DNA of 32,000 nucleotides, taken from Idiomarina loihiensis L2TR. Its GTDB lineage: Bacteria; Pseudomonadota; Gammaproteobacteria; Enterobacterales; Alteromonadaceae. This document shows, in pieces, positions 27,022 to 32,000 of the stretch. A model generated the notes under the pieces. That model worked only from the letters and a program-made list of their open reading frames with translations. It ran no database searches and was not told where the DNA came from. The stretch spans positions 1,200,001-1,232,000 of the forward strand of contig NC_006512.1 of assembly GCF_000008465.1 (NCBI RefSeq). The letters run 5' to 3'. A program made the translations under genes and the position numbers. Position 1 is the first letter of the stretch. Each line of letters starts with the position of its first letter.

Positions 27022-27474
27022 TTATCCTTGACCCAGACGTAATAAACGCTGTGTCATTGTTTTGGCAGTGTCCGCTACCTGCACGTTGGTCTGGTAGGAA
27101 CGCGAAGCCGAAATCATATTGGCCATCTCTTCCATGGTGTTGACGTTGGGGCGGTAGATATAACCGCTTTCGTCCGCCATGGGATGGTTTGGTGCATATT
27201 CAATTTGCAGTGGGTCCTGGCTTTCCACTATTCCCATAACTTTAACACCCGCTTCCTGACCCGCCTGAGTCTGGTTCGTCAGGCTGTTGCCCTTGTAATT
27301 GCCGCTGGCATCGGCTAACGCGGTCGCAAAAACTGGGTTTCTGGCTCTGTAAGTTTCATCAATACTGCTGCTAATTGAGTTAGCGTTTGCCAGGTTACTG
27401 GCCGTTGTATTCAGCCGTACAGACTGCGCACTCATGGCAGAACCGGTCACATTAAAAATATTAAACAGACTCAT
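27022..27474 (-). CDS. flgC: Flagellar proximal rod protein FlgC
   Basis: MSLFNIFNVTGSAMSAQSVRLNTTASNLANA. The C-terminus reads EEMANMISASRSYQTNVQV. Confidence 0.93.
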   Translation of the reverse strand: MSLFNIFNVTGSAMSAQSVRLNTTASNLANANSISSSIDETYRARNPVFATALADASGNYKGNSLTNQTQAGQEAGVKVMGIVESQDPLQIEYAPNHPMADESGYIYRPNVNTMEEMANMISASRSYQTNVQVADTAKTMTQRLLRLGQG

Positions 27475-27480
27475 GACTTA

Positions 27481-27885
27481 TTATCTCCCTTGTCCGCCCA
27501 GGGCTTTCTTCACACCGCTGATGCGGCCGTCAAGAAAGTTCATGGTCATTTCATACTCCAATGCATTTTGGGCATACAAGTTTTGTTCCAACTGCACATC
27601 AACGGTGTTGCCGTCGCCGGTATCCGGTTGAGATGGAGTGCGGAACTTCTCGGTTCCCTGGGGTTTTACTTCAACGCTGAAATGCTGTTCGTGAGTACGC
27701 GCCATTTTGTGGTTTTCCATACCGCGTTGCGCTTGCTGCAACGCTTGCTGGAAGTCCAGGCCTTTGGCTTTATAGCCGGGGGTATCGGCATTGGCAATAT
27801 TGTTGGCAATAAGCTCCGCCCGCTGAGTGCGTACACCCAGCGTGTGTTGCTGTATTCCCATAAGCTTGTCCATGGAAAGTGCCAT
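27481..27885 (-). CDS. flgB: Flagellar proximal rod protein FlgB
   Basis: GGAGA RBS. The sequence LGVRTQRAELIANNIANADTPGYKAKGLDF and the position as first gene after the sigma54 promoter both fit FlgB. Confidence 0.93.
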   Translation of the reverse strand: MALSMDKLMGIQQHTLGVRTQRAELIANNIANADTPGYKAKGLDFQQALQQAQRGMENHKMARTHEQHFSVEVKPQGTEKFRTPSQPDTGDGNTVDVQLEQNLYAQNALEYEMTMNFLDGRISGVKKALGGQGR

Positions 27886-27919
27886 ATTTTTGTCTCCACA
27901 GTGTTCGATAGTGAAGACA

Positions 27920-27937
27920 ATGCAGGAAGTGTGCCAA
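27920..27937 (-). promoter_or_regulatory. Sigma54 promoter for flgBCDE
   Basis: The minus strand reads TTGGCAC-acttc-CTGCAT, with GG-N10-GC spacing, about 35 nt upstream of the flgB ATG. Confidence 0.65.
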
Positions 27938-27985
27938 TTTAAAGAGGGGTTATTACTTTTTCAGGCGGATATTTCCTGTAGGAAA

Positions 27986-28822
27986 CTATTTTCTTCGGTA
28001 AATGATACCTGGCTGGCAGCGGATCATCTCAAAATCCTCAGTAAGTCCGGAAATAGACTCAGAAGCACCAAGGAAAAGATAACCGCCGGGGTTCAGCGAT
28101 TGCCGGAATTGGGCAATAATTTTCCGCTTTACTTCAGGGGCAAAGTAAATAAGGACATTGCGGCAAAAAATAACATCAAATTTGCCCAGCAGAGAATAGC
28201 TGTCCAGCAAGTTCAAATGACGGAAATGAATAAACTGTTTAAGCTCGTCTTTTACTCTCATGGAGCCGGCTTTCGTTTCGGCGTCCGTAAAAAACTTCTT
28301 TCGCCGTTCAGCCGACAAACCACGCGCAAGTGCCAGGCTATCGTACTCGCCAATGGCACACTGCTCGAGTACCTTATTGGAAATATCGGTTGCTGTTACT
28401 TTTATGCCAGCTCTTAGCCCACCCGGGTTCTTCGCCTTATACTCTAAGTACGTCATGGCAATAGAATAAGGCTCCTGCCCCGAGGAACAGGCGGCAGACC
28501 AAATCTTTAAAGGCCCGGCGTGATTTTTATATTCAGGGAGAATACGGTCATTCAAAATTTCAAACGGGTAAGTGTCACGAAACCATAAGGTTTCGTTGGT
28601 TGTCATGGCATCAATAACAGCCGCCCGCAAAGCCCGTTCACTTAGCTTCATTGAACGTTTTACAAGCTCCGCCAGCGAATCGATATTAAACCGGCCCATT
28701 AAAGGGCCTAACCGACTCTTCACCAGATACAGTTTACTCTCACCCAACACGATACCGCATTGATGCTCAAGGAACTGACGAAATTCCTGATACTCCGATA
28801 AACTTAATTCGCGATTTATCAC
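27986..28822 (-). CDS. cheR: Chemotaxis protein methyltransferase CheR
   Basis: The N-terminal helical domain reads EYQEFRQFLEHQCGIVLGESKLYLVKSRL. The SAM-MTase core reads LKIWSAACSSGQEPYSIAM...FDVIFCRNVLIYF. The start is GTG 28822, with a weak RBS. Confidence 0.9.
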   Translation of the reverse strand: MINRELSLSEYQEFRQFLEHQCGIVLGESKLYLVKSRLGPLMGRFNIDSLAELVKRSMKLSERALRAAVIDAMTTNETLWFRDTYPFEILNDRILPEYKNHAGPLKIWSAACSSGQEPYSIAMTYLEYKAKNPGGLRAGIKVTATDISNKVLEQCAIGEYDSLALARGLSAERRKKFFTDAETKAGSMRVKDELKQFIHFRHLNLLDSYSLLGKFDVIFCRNVLIYFAPEVKRKIIAQFRQSLNPGGYLFLGASESISGLTEDFEMIRCQPGIIYRRK

Positions 28823-28860
28823 GTTATATAAACAACTTCCGTTTCAGTTTCATTCGTTTC

Positions 28861-28886
28861 GTAGCCTGACGTTTAACGTCAGGTTC
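28861..28886. repeat. REP-like palindrome copy B
   Basis: GTAGCCTGACGTT-t-AACGTCAGGTTC, in the cheV-cheR spacer. Confidence 0.7.
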
Positions 28887-28923
28887 AATATTCTTACCCG
28901 GCACCTAAGTTTGCTACGAGACC

Positions 28924-28947
28924 GTAGCCTGACGTTCACGTCAGGTC
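28924..28947. repeat. REP-like palindrome copy C
   Basis: GTAGCCTGACGT-tc-ACGTCAGGTC, in the same orientation as copy B. Confidence 0.7.
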
Positions 28948-28956
28948 GAATATCGC

Positions 28957-28982
28957 ACCTGATGCAATAGCATCAGGCTACG
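28957..28982. repeat. REP-like palindrome copy D (variant, inverted orientation)
   Basis: ACCTGATGC-aata-GCATCAGGCTACG. It lies 9 nt from copy C, in the opposite orientation. Its GCTAC tail overlaps the cheV stop codon (28978-28980). Confidence 0.6.
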
Positions 28983-29913
28983 CAATAACTTCTGTATTAA
29001 GCCATTTTTGTACGGCGGTCGCCAGTTCATCGGGATGAAACTTAGCAATAAAGTCATCGGCGCCCACTTTCTTCACCATAGCCTGATTGAATACACCACT
29101 CAATGATGTATGCAAAATAACATGGATATCACGTAAATCTGGGTCAGCTTTTAACTCGGCGGTAAGCGTATAACCGTCCATAACCGGCATTTCTACATCG
29201 GAGACCAAAACGGGCACATGAGGATGCACTAAGCCCCCCACTTCCTTGGCTTTATCTTTTAAGTAATCTAACGCTTCTTTACCGTTCTTTTTAACTTCGA
29301 GCGTAATACCCAAAGACTGCAATGCACGTTTTATCTGGTTACGGGCAACCGAAGAGTCATCCGTAATCAAAATGGTTAAATCTTCTTTTGCAACATTGAT
29401 AGGTGCATTCGCAACTTCTTCGCTGACATCCATATTAGCCGGCATAATATCAGCTAAAATGCGTTCCACATCAATAATTTCAATTAATTCATCTTCCACT
29501 TTGGTCACCGCGGTAAGATACGCATCTCTTCCGGTACCTTTGGGCGGCGGCATCACATCTTCCCAGTTGATGTTAATGATGCGATCAACCCCTTCAACCA
29601 AAAAGCCCTGAATGGTTCGGTTGTACTCAGCAATAATGACGAAACGATTCTGAATATCGGTTAGCGCCCGACCACCGGTCGCCATACTCAAGTCAATAAT
29701 AGATATAGCCTGACCACGGATGTGCGCAATGCCACGAACCAGAGGGTTACGATTAGGCATTGCGGTAAGTTTAGGGCATGGCAATACTTCGCGTACTTTA
29801 AATACGTTAATGCCGAAGCGTTGTTTCCCATTTAGGTGAAACATTAATAGTTCCAGCCGGTTTTGACCGACCATTTGTGTGCGTTGATTCACTGAATCGA
29901 GAATGCTAGCCAT
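28978..29913 (-). CDS. cheV: Chemotaxis coupling protein CheV (CheW-like domain plus receiver domain)
   Basis: The N-terminal CheW-like domain reads LELLMFHLNGKQRFGINVFKVREVL...VRGIAHIRGQAISIIDL. The C-terminal REC domain reads ILITDDSSVARNQI...VLVSDVEMPVMDGYTL...ILHTSLSG. Confidence 0.9.
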   Translation of the reverse strand: MASILDSVNQRTQMVGQNRLELLMFHLNGKQRFGINVFKVREVLPCPKLTAMPNRNPLVRGIAHIRGQAISIIDLSMATGGRALTDIQNRFVIIAEYNRTIQGFLVEGVDRIININWEDVMPPPKGTGRDAYLTAVTKVEDELIEIIDVERILADIMPANMDVSEEVANAPINVAKEDLTILITDDSSVARNQIKRALQSLGITLEVKKNGKEALDYLKDKAKEVGGLVHPHVPVLVSDVEMPVMDGYTLTAELKADPDLRDIHVILHTSLSGVFNQAMVKKVGADDFIAKFHPDELATAVQKWLNTEVIA

Positions 29914-29949
29914 TGTTCACTCCTGTTATGTGGCAGGCTACTTCTACTT

Positions 29950-29965
29950 CGGCACGGTATTTGCT
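29950..29965 (+). promoter_or_regulatory. Sigma54-type promoter candidate for flgA
   Basis: The plus strand reads cGGCAC-ggtat-TTGCT, with correct GG-N10-GC spacing, about 110 nt upstream of the flgA ATG. The T at -26 is replaced by C. Confidence 0.35.
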
Positions 29966-30026
29966 TACATCTACATTAACCATACTGAAACCATCGAACT
30001 GCCGATCTTTTGACGTTATACCGTTT

Positions 30027-30053
30027 TTTTCGGCACTCGAACAGATAACCTTA
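30027..30053 (-). promoter_or_regulatory. Sigma28-type promoter candidate for cheV-cheR
   Basis: The minus strand reads TAAGGTTA-N11-GCCGAAAA (6/8 and 7/8 matches to TAAAGTTT / GCCGATAA), about 110 nt upstream of the cheV ATG. Confidence 0.4.
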
Positions 30054-30075
30054 ACGGATAACATCAGGAATTTTT

Positions 30076-30798
30076 ATGATAGTACGTAAATCGCTGCTGA
30101 TCAGTTCGATTTTTTTTATAACTTGTGGCATTAATTCCGTTAACGCAAAAACGAGCGGTTCAGATGAAAGTCTGCGCTTTAATTACAAAGCGTTACAGGA
30201 ACTGGCTCACAATTATGTGGAACAACGGGTTTCAGCGCCGGATAATGGTCGTGTGGAAGTCGTTGCCAATAACCTCGACCCGCGCATGGCTCCCAAAATT
30301 TGTTCGCAGCCACCAAAAGTAGGCCTGGCAACTAACGCCAACCTCGACAGCTACACTACCATTGAAATTGAATGTGTAGGCAAAACTAACTGGCGCACCT
30401 ATGTGCCTGTTCGAATTTATCGCTACAAAAATGTTGTTACCGCAGCCTCACCTATGGCTCCGGGTCAAATGATAAGCGAGAGTGATTTAGTGTTTTCCGA
30501 AGTTGACCTTAACCGGGTTCGCTCAAATGTGTTTACTGACATGACGGCTTTAGTTGGAGCCCGCATTAAAAAGCGCATTGCTGCAGGTCAGGCAATAAGT
30601 GCCAGCGATACATGTCTTGTATGTGAGGGGCAAAGCGTTACAATAGTTGCACAAGATAAAACGTTGCGAATTACTGCCGCCGGAAGAGCCCTGGCTGATG
30701 GTCTCAAAGGTGAATCGGTTGTTGTTGAGAACGCACGGTCGAACAAATCAATACAAGCGGTTGTCACAGGACTAAACGAAGTGACTGTTAATTTATAA
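30076..30798 (+). CDS. flgA: Flagellar P-ring assembly chaperone FlgA
   Basis: AGGAA RBS and a signal peptide (...INSVNA|K). The C-terminal region GARIKKRIAAGQAISASD...GQSVTIVAQDKTLRITAAGRALADGLKGESVVVEN is typical of FlgA. It is divergent from the cheV/flgB cluster and precedes flgM. Confidence 0.85.
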   Translation: MIVRKSLLISSIFFITCGINSVNAKTSGSDESLRFNYKALQELAHNYVEQRVSAPDNGRVEVVANNLDPRMAPKICSQPPKVGLATNANLDSYTTIEIECVGKTNWRTYVPVRIYRYKNVVTAASPMAPGQMISESDLVFSEVDLNRVRSNVFTDMTALVGARIKKRIAAGQAISASDTCLVCEGQSVTIVAQDKTLRITAAGRALADGLKGESVVVENARSNKSIQAVVTGLNEVTVNL

Positions 30799-30810
30799 AA
30801 TGCTTAATCA

Positions 30811-30836
30811 GAACCTGACGTGAGCGTCAGGCTACG
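30811..30836. repeat. REP-like palindrome copy E (inverted orientation), 12 nt after the flgA stop
   Basis: GAACCTGACG-tgag-CGTCAGGCTACG. Confidence 0.7.
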
Positions 30837-30851
30837 TACTAAAATTTTTAT

Positions 30852-30878
30852 TAAAGTATTTTTAAGTGTGGTCGATAA
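30852..30878 (+). promoter_or_regulatory. Sigma28-type promoter for flgM-flgN
   Basis: The plus strand reads TAAAGTAT-N11-GTCGATAA, about 35 nt upstream of the flgM ATG. Confidence 0.65.
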
Positions 30879-30914
30879 GTAACCGAGACATATTATCTAG
30901 CGAGGCTAAAAACC

Positions 30915-31238
30915 ATGTCAATTAACATTAACAATGCCGGGCTGAAAAATGCCAACATTGATAGCAAATCCAGCAACCGTCAAGTACAGAGCGATGCTCC
31001 GGCTAAGCCTGCTGCGGTTTCGCAAAAAGGTGGTGAGGCCGTTTCGTTAACCAGCGAAGCGCAACAACTGAGTGGCTTACAGGAAAAAGCAATGAACAGC
31101 AGCGGCATTGACCAGGCCAAAGTTGATAAAATTAAAGCCGACATTGAAAGCGGCTCGTACAAAATTAACGTTGAACAACTGGCCAATAAACTGGCTCAGT
31201 TTGAGTCTGACCTGTTCAGTAACGGCAGCAACGAATAA
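30915..31238 (+). CDS. flgM: Anti-sigma-28 factor FlgM
   Basis: 107 aa, Ser/Ala/Gln-rich and predicted disordered in the N-terminal half. The C-terminus IDQAKVDKIKADIESGSYKINVEQLANKL is the FlgM signature. GAGG RBS. Confidence 0.85.
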   Translation: MSININNAGLKNANIDSKSSNRQVQSDAPAKPAAVSQKGGEAVSLTSEAQQLSGLQEKAMNSSGIDQAKVDKIKADIESGSYKINVEQLANKLAQFESDLFSNGSNE

Positions 31239-31639
31239 TGACCGTGTTGGCGCCTGTTAACGATATATTACAGGATATGGCAGACTCGCTGGAAAACCTT
31301 GCGTTGTTACAACAACGTGAGCTTAATGCCATTGTCGAGCGCCAACACGCTGATGTTAATGCTATTGCCGACGCCAAAGAAAAAACGCTTATCCATATTA
31401 GCGAACTCGACCAGCAATTGGCTCAACACCCTGACAACGAACAGTTAAAAGACGACGCGGACTTAGCTGAAGCGGTTGCTGCTATTAAGGCCACCCTCTC
31501 TGACGTTCAGCATCAAAGTCAGGTTAATGAACGCGTGGTGCAGTCAACGCTAAACAGTATTGAGCAGTTAAAACAGTCCATTTTACAGTCCGCACGAAAA
31601 GATACCCTTACCTACAATAGTAAAGGTAAAATCCGTTAA
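31238..31639 (+). CDS. flgN: Flagellar export chaperone FlgN (for FlgK/FlgL)
   Basis: The start overlaps the flgM stop (TAATG). The 133-aa protein is helical and acidic, with LENLALLQQRELNAIVERQHADVNAIADAKEKTL. The canonical flgM-flgN pairing supports the call. Confidence 0.8.
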   Translation: MTVLAPVNDILQDMADSLENLALLQQRELNAIVERQHADVNAIADAKEKTLIHISELDQQLAQHPDNEQLKDDADLAEAVAAIKATLSDVQHQSQVNERVVQSTLNSIEQLKQSILQSARKDTLTYNSKGKIR

Positions 31640-31663
31640 AGATTTTGCCAGTCCAGCCGTTAT
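31637..31663 (+). promoter_or_regulatory. Sigma28-type promoter candidate for the flgP-like gene
   Basis: TAAAGATT-N11-GCCGTTAT. It overlaps the flgN stop codon and ends 33 nt upstream of ATG 31697. Confidence 0.4.
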
Positions 31664-31696
31664 AACCATAAGTACTTTGTTCAATCAGAGGTCGTT

Positions 31697-32000
31697 ATGG
31701 CTAAGCATTTACTCTCTTTAGCTCTACTTGCATCTGCGCTGTTATTAAGCGGCTGTAGTGCTTACAACAAAATTGTGTACGATCAAAAGCACGTTGAATG
31801 GGAAACCCAAACCCCAAGTGAATTTCCAGTGCTGAATGCGGTTGGCTACGCCCCTATTGAAACTCAGCAAGGCGAAAATGCACAGCTAAAAGACTTAAAC
31901 GCCATGCGCGCCTCTAAGTTAGCCGCTTACCGCGAGCTTGCTGAACAAGTCTATGGCCAACGCATCGCCGGTAGTAGCTCGGTGGAAGACTGGGCCTTAA
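31697..32000 (+). CDS. flgP: LPP20/FlgP-type flagellar outer-membrane lipoprotein (partial; 3' end beyond the right window edge)
   Basis: AGAGG RBS. MAKHLLSLALLASALLLSGC has the lipobox LSGC. It continues ...NAVGYAPIETQQGENAQLKDLNAMRASKLAAYRELAEQVYGQRI, which resembles the LPP20/FlgP motif. It sits next to flgN, as in Vibrio. Confidence 0.65.
   Translation, partial: MAKHLLSLALLASALLLSGCSAYNKIVYDQKHVEWETQTPSEFPVLNAVGYAPIETQQGENAQLKDLNAMRASKLAAYRELAEQVYGQRIAGSSSVEDWAL

Noticed and set aside
27490-28417. Long plus-strand ORFs of 150 aa (27490-27942) and 196 aa (27827-28417), antisense to flgB, the flgB promoter and cheR
   Set aside because: They lie exactly opposite well-supported genes. Their translations are Cys/Phe/Arg-rich with no recognisable motif. 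There is no RBS, and the second ORF runs through the sigma54 promoter. These are typical shadow ORFs of codon-biased genes.
28899-28915. cGGCAC-ctaagt-TTGCT on the plus strand in the cheV-cheR spacer
   Set aside because: The GG to GC spacing is 11 rather than 10. It also points antisense into the 3' end of cheV, with no gene to serve.
28861-28982. The clustered palindromes as a possible CRISPR array
   Set aside because: The repeats are hairpin palindromes in mixed orientation with irregular 37-nt and 9-nt gaps. There are no unique spacers of regular length and no cas genes. A REP/BIME interpretation fits better.

Overview
This 32-kb window comes from a gammaproteobacterium with a polar-flagellum gene organisation like Vibrio, Pseudomonas, Shewanella or Alteromonas. 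The taxon cannot be fixed from the sequence alone. Coding density is high and almost every gene is recognisable.

Layout:
(1) 1-3193, minus strand: flhA followed by the 5' part of flhF, which runs off the left edge.
(2) 3361-4803, plus strand: a compact four-gene operon of prepilin-type (class III signal) minor pilins. It converges tail-to-tail on block 3.
(3) 4809-12638: the conserved housekeeping block ispH-fkpB-lspA-ileS-ribF-murJ (minus) with divergent rpsT (plus).
(4) 12745-32000: a flagellar region. On the minus strand: a FliT-position ORF, fliS, fliD, flaG, one flagellin, flgL, flgK, flgJ, flgI, flgH, flgG, flgF, flgE, flgD, flgC, flgB, cheR, cheV. On the plus strand: flgA, flgM, flgN and the start of an LPP20/FlgP-type lipoprotein.

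Non-coding signals readable by eye:
- two well-spaced sigma54 promoters (flgB, flgF) and one weaker candidate (flgA);
- six sigma28-type promoters or candidates (flagellin, flaG, flgK, flgM, cheV, flgP);
- several intrinsic terminators;
- a family of five REP-like palindromes (GTAGCCTGACG-loop-CGTCAGGYT), all in flagellar intergenic spacers.

I saw no rRNA, tRNA, CRISPR array, transposase, integrase, toxin or known defence gene. I do not find a convincing wholly novel system. The least ordinary element is the minimal minor-pilin operon, which has an ultra-short third gene and atypical signal peptides. It sits in the locus where Pseudomonas carries fimU-pilVWXY1Y2E, and here that locus is wedged between two flagellar blocks. 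The REP family, including a triple hairpin in the cheV-cheR spacer, comes second. Several ORF-track starts are too far upstream and are corrected in the feature list.
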